Of a stretch of DNA of 64,000 bases, positions 27,395 to 42,363 are shown piece by piece. The notes below the pieces were generated by a model. That model was not told the DNA's origin. It was given only the letters and a program-made list of their open reading frames with translations, and did no database searches. The translations under genes were made by a program, and so were the position numbers. Within the stretch, counting starts at the first letter, position 1. Each line of letters starts with the position of its first letter. Where the stretch lies: contig OX597837.1 of assembly GCA_951406725.2 (NCBI GenBank), positions 39,804,001-39,868,000 on the forward strand, read 5' to 3'. The stretch is from Octopus vulgaris (lineage: Eukaryota).

Positions 27395-29189
27395 TTTATA
27401 TACATATACGCACACACACACAAACACACACACACACACACACAAATAATAAATGCCAAAACGAATTTCTGTCACACTTTGATCCGTCTCCCACTATTCA
27501 GTGACACTTCTACTATTCCTCATGTTGGGATGAGAGTAATTGTTGGTAATGGGATGATAGTAATAGCATGAGCTATCGTTGTGATAGAGGCGGAGGCGAT
27601 GGCGACGGTGATGATGGTGATGGTGGTGATAGCCGAGGCGGTCAGGGATGACGGAGATAGTAAGCGATGTGAAAGACAGTAGTGATGGTGGTGGAGGGGA
27701 AGGCGGCGAAGTCAAAGGAATTGATGGTGGTGGCGTCAGACATTTGAATGGTGTGTGTATGGTAGTTGTGGTGGCGTTGGTGGTGGTACTGGCGATGGTG
27801 GTGGTTGAAAATAATCAACAGAAAGATAGAGAAATAAATTAGATAGAAAAAAAACTTGTACTGACCTCCGAATGGGAAGTCAAAAACATTGTTTATCACG
27901 CAGCTTCGCAATAAGTTCCAAGTCGACAAATTATATCACTGTCTTGATGAAAATTATTCATTGCTTGAAAAACATTGGTCAAGTTTAATAAAATTTAATA
28001 TGTACTCAATGCCTGAAGTGTCACTGTTGGGCTCAAGGCCCACTTGAGTCTGGTACTTATTCCATCGGTGTATTTTGCTGAATCGCTACGTTATGCGTAC
28101 GTAAACAAACCGATATCGGTTGACAGGCGGTGGTGTGGAATAAACGAAAAGGAACGCTCGTGTGCACACACACACACATGTATGTATGTGTATCAGTGTT
28201 ATATATATATATATATACATACACAACGAGTTCCCACACAGTTTCCACCTACCAAGAAATTTATCGGCCCAAGGATCTGCGCAGTCAAACTGAACCCGAA
28301 ACCCCGTAGTTGCAAAGCGTCCTCCTTAAATTCGCAGCCTTGCCTGCGTCTATTGTTCAAAGAATAGTTGTCAGTTTTCATATCAACAGATTCTTTGCGA
28401 TTCAGGGAAAACCTTTTAATTCAGACGTTGTATTATTTTTCTCTCGTATTTGTGTCTCTTTTTTATTTTTCATTTGCGAAATTTCTTTATTACTTTCTGT
28501 TGTTTCAAAGATTTTATTCTCTATTTTCAGTCTTTTTCTGACGGATTTCTTTGTTGTAATTTTTGCTTCGATTTTTCATTTTCTTATGCGGGAATAAAAA
28601 TACACACGTCTCTAACTACCATGTACGCTGCATATATCATTTGGTTTAACATGGTAACATTGATGTTCGTGTCTGTCTTCATTAATCTATGATGGACAGG
28701 TTTCCGTCTTTACTATTGTTTCCATTTCTTCGTCGAGTTTTGTCTTCGGGAAATACTTCTATTGCCTCATAGGAAATTCCCTTGAGTTTAAGTCGTTAAT
28801 TATTTCCATCATCCGATTATCACGTTCTTAATTCCACTTTAGAATTTCCTATTCTTAAATCTTCCTCGAATTTTCTTTTCTTCATAATTTGTTTGTGTTA
28901 TTTGATTCGCTGAAAGGAGACGACCTGGCAGAATTATTAGAATATCGTAAAAAAAAAAAAATGAAAATTGCTAACAGTAAAACATAAATGCAAGCAGAGA
29001 TGTTTAATAAAATACTTAAGGTGATCCAAAATAATGATTTTAAATCCAATCTTTAACCTTCTCTCTGTCAACACCTCAATGTATGATTTCTTCCCTGAAG
29101 AAGGAAGCTCGTATCATCCGACGATGGAATCAATTTAAATCATTATTTTGGACCAACGAGCCTCCATAAATAACTGTTGAACTAGTAAT

Positions 29190-30510
29190 ACTCTTCTTCA
29201 AACCCTTTGATTCTTGATATCATTTCTATTCTATGTAAGTCGGACCCTTTTGTGTGTAAAAACATTAAAAATTTGCCTTCAATGTAAGACTTTTCTCCAA
29301 TTTTGGATAATAATGTTAAAGAAAAAACCATCCGTATTCTTTGGCTTACTACTTTGTACAGCTCCGGCCAAGCTTTACCAAAGATTTTCGATGGGATTTA
29401 AGGTCCAGCGACTGCGCCAGCCACTGCATCAACCGAACTCTCTTAGACCTAATGCAATCTCTGACTAGGAGCGAGATGTGTTTCGGGTCGTTGTCATGCT
29501 GGAAAGTCCAAGATCGGCCCAATGGAAGCATAGTCTTATCCAATGTTTCTAGTTTGGACTTACTATCCATAATGCCCTTGATTCACATTATAGAACCGAC
29601 GCCTTTTCCAGATATGTACCTCAACAACATCACACTTCCGCCACCGCGCTTAACTGTTGGTTGGATGCATTCTGGATGATATTCTTCGCCTATACGCCTT
29701 CTTACATACTTCCTGTCATCACTATCGACCAAGCTGAACTTTGACTCGTCTGACCCCAACACATTCGACTAATCTGTTGAACCGTATTCGGGCACATCGA
29801 TCTTTTAAAGAAATGTATGACTCTTTGCGAGAGACTCTTCCTAGAAGTCCAAATTCTTTAAGATGGTTTTTTATTGTGGGCTCTCCAATGGTAAGTCCAT
29901 ATTTTCACCAAATTTCTTTTAAAATGTCAACAGCAGTATTTTTCGTTTTTTAAGGGACGGTCTATGAATGTATCTATCCATCCTTGCCGTTGTTCTTCTT
30001 GGTTGTCCAGGTCGAGAGCGGTCTTTATAATCATTATTTTCTTTATGAAAATGGACAACATTGTAGACGGCTTTCTGAGAGCATCCAATTTCGTTTTAAA
30101 TATCTTTATATGAGCATTTCAGCATACTAAGCTGAACTATCCTCTCCCTGGTTTCTGCTGCAAAGTTTTATCTCTTACCCATCACAACTATTAAGTAACT
30201 TAAAACTCATAACAGCAAGCAAATTACCCTACTTTTATATTAGTCAATAAGGCAAAAAGAAAAAAAAAATGAAATTGTGCAAATCATTCTTAATTTAATG
30301 GCGACGTAAATTGCGAAAATAACGTTTATTTTGTTTAAAATTTAGGTGTTCATGTTACGCTGTAAAGTTGCATACCATATTAAATCTTGTGAAATTTGGT
30401 TTATATTGATATACATCTTAATTCATAATTTAATTCTTGAAAATATTAAAAAATGCCCATTTAACATACATTAGTATACTAGCGTTTTTTAATTAAACGT
30501 GGCACCACTA
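29190..30510 (-). mobile_element. Decayed Tc1 (DD34E) transposon with transposase pseudogene (ATG ~30182)
   Basis: Motifs on -: SDESKF, GGGSVM, FQHDNDPKH...W.AQS.DL(N)PIENLW, with 34 residues D-to-E after a 1-nt frameshift. 5' end TA|(T)AGTGGTGCC at ~30510; 3' end not seen. Confidence 0.88.
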
Positions 30511-30533
30511 TATATGTACAGTATATATATGCA

Positions 30534-30611
<78 letters not shown>

Positions 30612-30831
30612 TAATATATATATACATATAATATATATGTATATAACATTATATATATATACATATTTATATACAGATATATATATATAACATTATATAT
30701 ATACATATTTGTATACATATATATATATATATATAACATACATATATATACATATATATGTATATAACATATATATATACATATATATGAATATAACATA
30801 TATATATATAAATATATATGTTATATACATA

Positions 30832-30873
<42 letters not shown>

Positions 30874-30922
30874 CATACATATATATGTATATAACATACA
30901 TATATATATATACATATACATG

Positions 30923-30973
<51 letters not shown>
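30510..30973. repeat. Interrupted (TA)n field
   Basis: Direct reading. Confidence 0.95.
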
Positions 30974-30979
<6 letters not shown>

Positions 30980-31516
30980 CTATGATCTTCATTTCTTTAC
31001 ATGTATGCATCATTCTTTTTCCTACATGTTATTATGTGTGTCAGTGCATGTATGAGAGTGTTCTTGTGTGCATATGTTACGTATGTTTCAGTGTATGTCT
31101 GTGTGCATGTGTGTACGTGTGTATGTGTGTGGCAGCATTTAACCTATATAGACTGATGATGCCATGGTTAATACAATCGAAATGGAATCAAAGGATTTGG
31201 GGCCGATTATAATAATGCTTTTATGAACTTTCTTTTATGTGTTGGTGTGTCCTACATTTCTATAAGTATCTAACGAAATCTATGTGAGATCTCTGTTTAA
31301 ATATTCTTAAATAACGCATGCACACACATAAGTGTGTGCAAGTATGTGTGCATATATATATAAATCATATATAAATATATATATATATATATATAAATAA
31401 ACACACACACATACGTTTATATATATATGTATATGTATGTATATAAGTATATGTGTATATGAATATTATTTCTCCAAAAACCTCAAAGTACATACACACA
31501 CACATACACACACACG

Positions 31517-31555
<39 letters not shown>

Positions 31556-31767
31556 ATATATGTATATATTTATCTTCCTATATGTCCGTCTGTTTAGCTG
31601 TCTGTTTATCTGTCTACCTATCTACCTATGCCTGTATCTGTCTTGTGTGTCTGTAGCCATATTCGCGTGTATATATATATATATATATATATATACGTAT
31701 ATGTATGTATATATATATATATGCATATATATGTAAATATATACATACATACATACATATACATATA

Positions 31768-31822
<55 letters not shown>

Positions 31823-32348
31823 ACTCTTGTGTTGTATCAACGAACACATTTTCTCTCTCCCTTTCTCGCTGTCACTCCTCACCCCCTATAGAAAGATATA
31901 TAATGTATAAGTAATCATAGGAAGGAACATCAACATGTAGCGACACATGCACATACACTCACATATATACTCATATATATACATAATATCTCAACCCACA
32001 TGTACCTACATACACATACACACACATAAAGACGTACAAACACGCATACATACACACAGATATACACACAAGCATACATACATACATGCACGTATACATA
32101 TACACACATGGATTCATGGATTCATACATACACACCTACCTACATAAATACATACATCGATACACACATCAATACATACATGCATACATACATACATACA
32201 TACACACATACATGCACACATGCATTCATATATACATATATACACACATACGTGTAATTAAAATAAAAACACATTTATTTTGATATTATGTTGCTTAGAT
32301 TTTTTTGGCATTCTATCTTCAATTTCCGACTGACGATATAATCTTGTT

Positions 32349-32875
<527 letters not shown>

Positions 32876-33292
32876 ACTCCTTTTTCCTCTTATTATTAGC
32901 ATTATTATTTTGTATTGGGTCTTTTTTTTTATTTCTCTTTGTTTCAAACACCACATTCGTTTTATAATAGACTGAAATCTCTTTCTCGAGCATGCGACAT
33001 TTGTGATCTGATTACCGTAACACTAAAACGATTTTCTGGCAATGTTTTAGCGAATTTATTTTAAAAACAATGACAAGTACGCGCAACAAGTTAACAAAAA
33101 TTAAAAGTTAAAACATTCTCATAACAACTTACTGATTTTCCCCTATTTATCTCATGAACTGGGTCATTCAACAGCAGCTATGTATTATTTTGATGTTATT
33201 TCGGTTTAGCTTGATATTTTTTTTGTTTCAACCTTCCCTGCGACATTATTCTTTTTCATTTTTATCTCTTTCCTCCTCTTCCTCCTCTTTCG

Positions 33293-33353
<61 letters not shown>

Positions 33354-33394
33354 ACTACATCAATGGCAAAATACACTACAACTGATATCTGCCA

Positions 33395-33458
<64 letters not shown>

Positions 33459-33645
33459 TATATAATAATATTAGGGAATATAACTCCAAACTTACAGGGA
33501 AAAATTCAATTTAGTATTAAATCAAATTTCACAATATAAATATATAATATATAAATTAGAGGAAAACCACTATTATGCAATTCAAACAATGATAGACATA
33601 AACCGAATCAAATATTCTTTAATTCTTTAATTCTTTAAACTGTAT

Positions 33646-33965
33646 GAGTCATTTGTCTGCGACCATGCTGGAGCACCGCCTTTAGTCAAGCAAATCGACC
33701 CCAGGACTTATTCATTGTAAGCCTAACACTCATTCTATCGGCCTTTTGTGCCGAACCGCTAAGTTACGGGGACGTAAGCACACCAGCAACGGTTGTCAAG
33801 CGAAGTTGCAGGGGACAAACACAGACACACAAACACACACACACACACATATATATACGACGGGCTTTTTTCAGTTTCCGTCTACCAAATCCACTCACGA
33901 GGCTTTGATGGGCCCGAGGCTATAGTAGAAGAAACTTGCCCAAGGTGTCACGCAGTGGGATTCAA
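33646..33965 (-). mobile_element. SINE C, head truncated
   Basis: Matches 23117-23524. Confidence 0.88.
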
Positions 33966-34703
33966 CCGGTCTGTCTTACAGACAAGGCGCATTCTTATCT
34001 GTCTCCTCTTCTATCTTTTCTCTTGCCAAAGACAATATTCTTCGAGCGCTTGCTACCTTACCTCGTCTGTCCTAACAGCCTTACATGTTTGTTTTCGTTT
34101 GTTTGTTGTATGTCTCCCCTGTCCTGTTCTTGTTTCCAACTTTGATCCTCCACAAATCCCAAATTCTATTTTGGTTCGTGGGAGCAACTGCCTTTCGAAG
34201 CCTCATATTATCGTTAATTGCCCGAAATGATGAGTAGATGGACAGTCGACAACTGATGAAGAATCATTCTTTATGTCACTTATTTTGTTTTCCATTTCTC
34301 TCTCCCGTTGTTCGCACGGACCAAGAGGCTAAACATAGAGGGGAACAAACAAGGACAGACACACGGATTAAATCGATTATATCGATTTCAGTGCGTAACT
34401 GGTACTTTTTTAATCGACCCCGTAAGGATGAAAGGCAAAGTCGACCTCGGCGGAATTTGAACTCAGAACGTAAAGACAGACGAAATACCAAGCATTTCGC
34501 CCGGCGTGCTAACGTTTCTGCCAGCTTACCGCCTTCAGTTCCTTTCAGTGTCCAGGTAACAAATCCACTCACGAATTTCTTGTTGCACCGAAGCTATAGC
34601 AGAGACTTTTACCTAGGGTACCAGGCAGTGGGACTGAACCCTGAACCATATGGTTGGGAAGCCGATGTAGCCGCGCGCCTGTGCATATATATATATATGT
34701 ATA

Positions 34704-34829
<126 letters not shown>

Positions 34830-34890
34830 ATATATATATATATTATATATTATATATTATATATATGTGTATATATATATATACATATAT

Positions 34891-34922
<32 letters not shown>

Positions 34923-34950
34923 CACATATATATATAATATATAATATATA

Positions 34951-34995
<45 letters not shown>

Positions 34996-35653
34996 TGTTA
35001 CTGACTTTGTCTCCATCACCACTTGCCAACCGGAGTTGGTTTGTTTACGTCCTCGTAAAACCTAGTGATTCGGCAAAAGAGACCCCCAAGAATAGGTACC
35101 GGGTATTAATAAATAAATAAATAAATAAAAAAAATACTGGGGTCGATCCATTCGATTGAAATCCTTCAAGGTGCTGCCCCAGCATGGCCGCAGTCTGACG
35201 ACTGAAACGAAAGGAATAAGAGACACTAAATGCAAACACTGAGTGATAGGCCGTTCATTCCATAACTTTTTTCTCTTAAAAAACGATACAATATGTCGGC
35301 CGTAACGAGATACCTAATGGGAAGAGCGCGGAGCGAAGTGTAATGCGATCTTTGTAATAAAATCAATAACGGAAAAAATTTCCTGGAATAAATCAAGCGC
35401 GAATTACCAGAAGAAACTCACAGTAAATTACCCCTTGTAAATCTAACCTTTAGGGATTTTGTCCACTTAAATTATTGCACATGGAATAGTATGGGATGCA
35501 ACGAATGTAATTTTAGATTATCTCTTTCTTTAATTTCGTTTTTTTCTTTTCGTTATCTCCTATACTTGACTCAGTCATTGGACTGCAGCCGTGCTGAGGT
35601 ATTTGCCTTCAAGGGTTTAGTGGAACAAATCGATCTTAGTGCTTATGTTGTTG

Positions 35654-35729
<76 letters not shown>

Positions 35730-35865
35730 CATTCTTCTTCTTCTTCTTCTTCTTCTTCTTCTTCTTCTTCTTCTTCTTCTTCTTCTTCTTCTTCTTTTTC
35801 TTCTTCTTCTTTTTCTCCTCTTCCTTCTTCTTTTTCTTCTTCTTCTTTTAATATTTAGTACTTAT

Positions 35866-36294
35866 ATGGTGGCGAGCTGGCAGTAACGTTAGCACGCCGG
35901 GCGAAATGCTTTGTGGTATTTCGTCCGCCGCTGCGTCCTGAGTTCAAATTTCGCCGAGGTCGACTTTGCCTTTCATCCTTTCAGGGTCGATAAATTAAGT
36001 ACCAGTTACGCACTGGAGTCAATGAAATCAACTTAATCCGTTTGTCTGTCCTTGTTTGTCCTCTCTATGTTTAGCCCCTTGTGAGCAATAAAGAAATAAG
36101 AAACGTTAGCACTCTGGGCGAAATACTTAGCGGTATTTCGTCTGTTTTTATGTTCTGAGTTCAAATTTCGCCGAGGTCGACTTTGTTTTTCATCCTTTCG
36201 GGGTCGATAAATTACGTACCAGTTGCATAGTGGGTCGATCTAAACGACTGTCCTCCTCCCTTAAAATTTCGGGCCTTGTGCCTTAGTAGAAAAG
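35866..36294 (+). mobile_element. SINE B dimer with 16-bp TSD, nested in an old SINE C
   Basis: AATATTT(A/G)GTACTTAT at 35850-35865 and 36295-36310. Confidence 0.85.
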
Positions 36295-36412
36295 AATATT
36301 TGGTACTTATTCTATCGGTCTCTTTTGCTCGAATCGCTAAGTGACGAGGTTACGGGTGTGTGAGCCGAGCAATATTAGCAGACGAGATGTGGTTGTGGCT
36401 TTCCAGAACGCA

Positions 36413-36462
<50 letters not shown>

Positions 36463-36744
36463 CATATATATATACATGCATACATTAGTATACACACACA
36501 CACAAACGCACACATATATATACATAATTAGGATAAAATCATTATTTAATGATTTACCAGTGGCCAGCACACAAAAAACCCATAATGGTTAATTTATATC
36601 AAGATTATAATAAGGGTGTTGAATGGTTTCAACACCAGTCTGTTAAAAATAGACCCCAAAATGGTCTATGAACTACTTAGATTATTACTCCACTACACAA
36701 GGTTGTAAGCGAGGATTTATAAAGTAATTAATTATATATGTATA

Positions 36745-37019
36745 AACAAATGCAGCGTGGAAGGTGTTTATAAGCCATTTTAAAACACACAAAAATCGTT
36801 AGATTCACTTAAATATTCAAATTTAATTTGCCAACATATTTTCGTCGCTTTCAGACCGCAACCTGATCACTGACAAAATACCGTGCTAGTTAAATGCTGA
36901 AGTGAATCTAATGGTTTTTGTGTGTTTTAAATGTCATCTTATAAACACCTTCCACGCTGCAATTGTTTTTGTTTCAGCGCTCGATCTCAGATCAGTTCAC
37001 TTGCTACGCAAGTACATTT

Positions 37020-37023
<4 letters not shown>
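36745..37023 (-). mobile_element. PLE-like fragment with ~60-bp inverted arms and variant HHR-like fold
   Basis: Arms 36752-36810 / 36900-36960; fold at 36827-36877 on -; TA tracts on both sides. Confidence 0.55.
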
Positions 37024-37061
<38 letters not shown>

Positions 37062-37068
<7 letters not shown>

Positions 37069-37350
37069 ACAAGATAAGAGCAAAAGAAAAATTCTAATGC
37101 CAAATGTGCCGAAAAAAAGACAAAAACTGTCAATAACCATTATAATTTATGCGTCTCGAAACAAACCGAGACGCGTAAATTATAATGGTTACTGACAATT
37201 TTTGTCTTTTTTTCGGCATATTTGGCATTAGAATTTTTCTTTTGCCCTTATATTGTAAATTATTTATAAATTTAACCTTTAAAGGTATTTTTTGATATGC
37301 TCGCCATTGATAAAATTTTTTCCCGAAAAAATTTTATCCTACATTAGTTA
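37062..37350. repeat. ~200-bp near-perfect palindrome (97-bp arms, 8-nt loop) between TA tracts
   Basis: 37062-37158 against 37167-37263, with a few substitutions. Confidence 0.9.
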
Positions 37351-37880
37351 TATATATATATATCAATCATTCAAAGTCAATCGTGATTTCAATTCTTAGA
37401 CGGGGTGATGCGTTGTGTTCTTGAGCAAGACACTTCATCTCACATTGCTTTGCGATCACATCTGACAACACCTGGTTCCCTGTGCACCTGCTCAGACAAC
37501 AATGATTTGATGGAGCGAGTGAGCGGATGCGCGGCATGAGCATTTGATCTCTATAAATAAATCATTTGTGGAGGTCGTTCGGCAAATGCCGAACACTCAT
37601 ACGCCGTCTTCGTCGACGAAGTCCATCAATATACATATATACTCTTTTATTTGTTTCAGTCATTTGACTGCGGCCATGCTGGGGCACCGCCATGAAGGGT
37701 TTTAGACGAACACATCGACTGCAGGACTGAAAAAAAAAACCTGGCGCTTATTCTATCGGTTTCTTTTGTCGAACCGCTAGAATACGAGGACGTAAACACA
37801 CAAACACTGGTTGTTAATGAGGAGGCAATGCAGATACAAAGACACGCACACACATACACATACACACACATACATATGTA

Positions 37881-37966
<86 letters not shown>

Positions 37967-39345
37967 GCTAGCTATCTATCTATCTCTCTCTCTATATATA
38001 TATGAGGGGCTTCCCATGGTCAGCCTGGGCAGAGAGTAGAAGACGCTTGGTCAAATTGCCGCACAAACGGACAACACAACGGAACCCAAAACCCCTGGTT
38101 GCGTAGCGAGCTTCTGATCCACACGGCTATGCCTGCGCCGTAAAACATATCAAATGTCAAAAAGCTGATTCGATGTCTATAAAACTGTCTTAAATTCTAA
38201 AACTGGATGCTGCTTATGGAAGTAAGATAATTTCTCTTCTCAGCAGAGAAGACATATGTGTTACTTAATCGATTTCCATAGAATTATTGATAGTCCTAAA
38301 TGTATATCTGTCTTGTAAAAACTATATTTGTATCGATTTTTTCTTCAATATCATTGATATCAACCACAGAGTTTCCCAGTGGAAAATGGCGGCGGTTTTT
38401 AATTCATCAAGATATTTATGTTACAGATTTCAATGAAATCAGAGAAAAATAAGGTTTACGCTTTCACCTTCTACTCCAATCTAGAAAATGGCTGTATGAA
38501 ATTCTTAAGAGTACCATATTTGTACTCAGTCAGCCATGTTATTCACAAGAGATATTGAAAAGATATATTTTAATAAACACTGGATGCAAGGTAACGTAAA
38601 TTAATGAAATATTAACCAATTTATAACGGGAAAATTTGTTTCGCAGAGATACACGAAGCTTATTACTTCCAGTTAAATGAAGAAATATCGAAGTTCTGTT
38701 GTTTTTTAGTGGAATTTTGTATTACAAGACATAATAACTTCCCTTGGCGTTCAGAAAGAGGAAAAAAGATAAACAACCCCAAAGGACCGAATATTATTTG
38801 CAACAGAATAATATTTTAGATTATCATGGTTCTCCAACCGAGACAAACATGTTGAAATGGGGTTTTGATTTAGCGAGAAAGAAGTATTGCCTTATAAATA
38901 ATCTCTTTGGATAAGCGTAAAGTATGGAAACCCATAAGGTAGTAATTGAAGTTACAGCAGTTATGTTGAATGATACAAAATACTCCGGTATTTTTCTTGT
39001 AAATGTTAATGGATTTAAAGCCAAGGAATCGAGGAAAAGGTGAATGATCAATGGGTGCGTGGTTAACAAGTGCGCTTTGCAATCACGTGGTTTCGGGTTC
39101 AGTCCCACTGCGAGGCGGCACCTTGGGCAGGTGTCTTCTATCATAGTCTCGGGCCAAGCCATGACTTGTGAATGAATTTGGTAGACGGAAAATGTGCGGA
39201 AACTCGTCGTATGTGTGTGGTAAGATGTTTTTCTCCGGGGTCAATTCCCGTGTGTAGCGCTTGGGAAAATATTTTCGAATATAAGCTAGGGCCGGCCAAA
39301 GCCTTGTAACTAGATTTGGTAGACGGAAATTGCAAGAAGCCCGTC

Positions 39346-39410
<65 letters not shown>

Positions 39411-39591
39411 CATATACATACAGTAATCCCACGACTTTCGCAGGTGTTACCTTCCAAAAACGTCCACGATAAGTGAAAATCCGCGAAATAAATACTAAGG
39501 AGTTATATCGAGGCTTGAATATAGCCATGTGTATGTCTGTGCATGTGTGTATACGTGTAGTATGCGTGTGTATGTTTGTGCTTGTGTGTGT

Positions 39592-39623
<32 letters not shown>

Positions 39624-39679
39624 CTGTGTGTGTCTGTGTGTGTCTGTGTGTGTTTGGAATCGATATTCGTATCTTACCC

Positions 39680-39950
39680 CAGATCCCTCTGACTTTCGAG
39701 TTACTTTATAAGCCATTGGTACAACAATTTCCCCAGAACGCTCTAGTCTTGGAGACATTGTGAAGACTACGGGTACAAAATCCGCATACAGATCTCTCTT
39801 TTCTTTGAGGCCCTGTGAAGCACAAAATCTAAGTACAAAACTCACAGATCTCTCCAGGCTTCAAGGGCCTGTGAAGTCTATTGGCACAACGTCTTTCTTC
39901 AGATCTCTTTATTCTTTGAGACTTTGCAAATGCTATAAGCACACACCCTT
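39680..39950. repeat. Highly degenerate ~55-bp tandem repeat, about 5 units
   Basis: CAGATC(T)CTC-like starts at 39680, 39734, 39789, 39845 and 39900; three units carry TGTGAAG and several carry GTACAA/GCACAA. Confidence 0.6.
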
Positions 39951-40832
39951 CCTTCAAATAACACTAATAAAAAAATTCAAAGAAAACTGATAACTCTGAT
40001 GGTTTATACAATCTGTTTATTCGCCCACTTTAGAATATAATGTCAATTAAATCTACAAGAGATTTGGTGAAGGAATAACTGCAATACTTGAAAGAAATTG
40101 TCAAAGAATGTTCTTTTAAATATTAAGGAACAAATATATAGATAACATATTCTTGAAAGAAGCAATACGACCGCTAAAATAAAGAATTTACGCAACAGAT
40201 CAAATAAGGATGATAAAAACGAAACGATGAGAAAACAGAGAACAAATAGAAATAAATACGATCTCTCCTTTAAAAAATAAATAGCTTCTATAGACACATT
40301 TATATCAATTCGTCAGAAACACACGGGATAAAAACGAAAGAGAGTCACATGTACGGTAAAGGGAGGCAATTTACAAAGAAACACAAGTGACGAACACTAC
40401 AAATAAATTAGAAATTCTAATAGAATCTGAAAGAAGGGAAAAAAAGGATGGAGTTGAGGAAAGTTTAATGTTGACATGTGCTGAGATTTACGAAAGAACA
40501 AACACACTTATAAAACATTGCATTAACAAATGGGAACAGAAGAGATAAAGAAACGCGTAGGAAGGCGATAATAAGAAAATATTCGCATCTAATATAATTA
40601 CGTATACACAAAAGAGACACACACACGCATGCGCGCGCACACACATAAATTTATAGGCATGTGTGAGCGTATATATATATATATATATGTATATACGTAC
40701 TCACGCACATATATCCACAGACATATGCCATATACATACATGTGTGTGTATATATATATGCATACATACATATGTTAATATATATGTATATATAAATATA
40801 TATATATATATGTATGTATATATATATATATT

Positions 40833-40863
<31 letters not shown>

Positions 40864-40965
40864 ATATATGTATGCATGTATATGATACACCAACAAAATA
40901 ATTAAGATGGAGACTTTACAATGCGTAAAGGAGAAAGATCAGAAACGTTTATATATAAAGGATTC

Positions 40966-41038
<73 letters not shown>

Positions 41039-41558
41039 TATACACACACACACACACATATATATATATACACACACATACACATACACACACACAGAGA
41101 CATATATATACATTTATACATGCATGTATATATGCATGCGTATGTATGTATATGTATGTCTGTCTATCTGTATGTACGAGAGTGAATGTAACCTTTCCAA
41201 AAACTTATTAACAATGCACTAAACAGGAAAAATAATAAAAGACATAAATAATGAGAAAACAAGAACCACAACAACGACAACAACAAAAACGATCAAATTA
41301 AGCAAGAAAATGATTAGTTATTTAACTTCGTAGTTTGTTTTAGTTCTGACAGCCAAGACAATGCTGTAGGGTCACATTTAAAATTTAATTAACATACCTT
41401 ACAAGACAAAGGAGAAGGTGTAGGTTTCTGGTAAGAAATTTGCTTCCTGAGTACATGGTTCCGGGTTCGGTTCCAATGTATTGCAACTTGGTCAAGTATG
41501 GCACCTTGGTCAAAATTTGTGAGTGGATTTGTTAGACGGAAACTGAAAGAAGCCCGTC

Positions 41559-41593
<35 letters not shown>

Positions 41594-41668
41594 TCGTTTT
41601 TGGACTTTACCGGTGAGTGTGTTACATTATAAAGCACAAAAAGACAATGACTCTCCACAGACACAACA

Positions 41669-41712
<44 letters not shown>

Positions 41713-41713
41713 G

Positions 41714-41919
41714 TGGAGGCACATGGCCTAGTGGTTAGAGCAGCTCCACGCGGCTCCGGAACAAGGTTCTGCTAACTCTTTCGCTACAACTTTCTCTCAC
41801 TCTTTCCTCCTGCATCTTGCAGCTCACCTGCGATGGACTGGCGTCCCGTCCAGGTGGGGAACGTATACGCCAAGGAAACCGGGAAACCGGCTCTTATGAG
41901 CTTGAGAAGGAACAAACAA
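41714..41919 (+). mobile_element. SINE A (internal deletion, tail type 2), nested in the microsatellite of a SINE C (~41420-42220)
   Basis: GGAGGCACATGGCCTAGTGG head and GAAACCGGGAAACCGG tail; SINE C halves on either side. Confidence 0.8.
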
Positions 41920-41964
41920 TATATATATATATATACACATACATACATACATATATATAGATAT

Positions 41965-42021
<57 letters not shown>

Positions 42022-42363
42022 TGTGTGTGTGTTTGTTTCCCCATCACCTCTTGACAGCCAGTGTTCGGCAAAAGTGACGGATGGAACATGTACTTGGCTT
42101 AAACAAGAAAAACAAATCCGGGTGGGGGGCAAGAGTCGATCTGTTTGACTACAAACCTCCAAGACGGTGCTCCACTATGGCCGCAATCAAATGACTGAAA
42201 TAAATAATAGAATAAAAGTATGAAAAAATATATCAGACATATTTTCATAGTCCACTTGGAATTAAACCCATTCTGCATTTCCCTGATAACGCTGGGTTAT
42301 CATATATTTTCAGATATATCAGAATGTCTGGTATCTTATGCCTTATTTCTGAACCTAAATATT

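Noticed and set aside
31150-31195. CTGATGA...GAAA spacing
   Set aside because: Stems II and III cannot be formed; likely chance.
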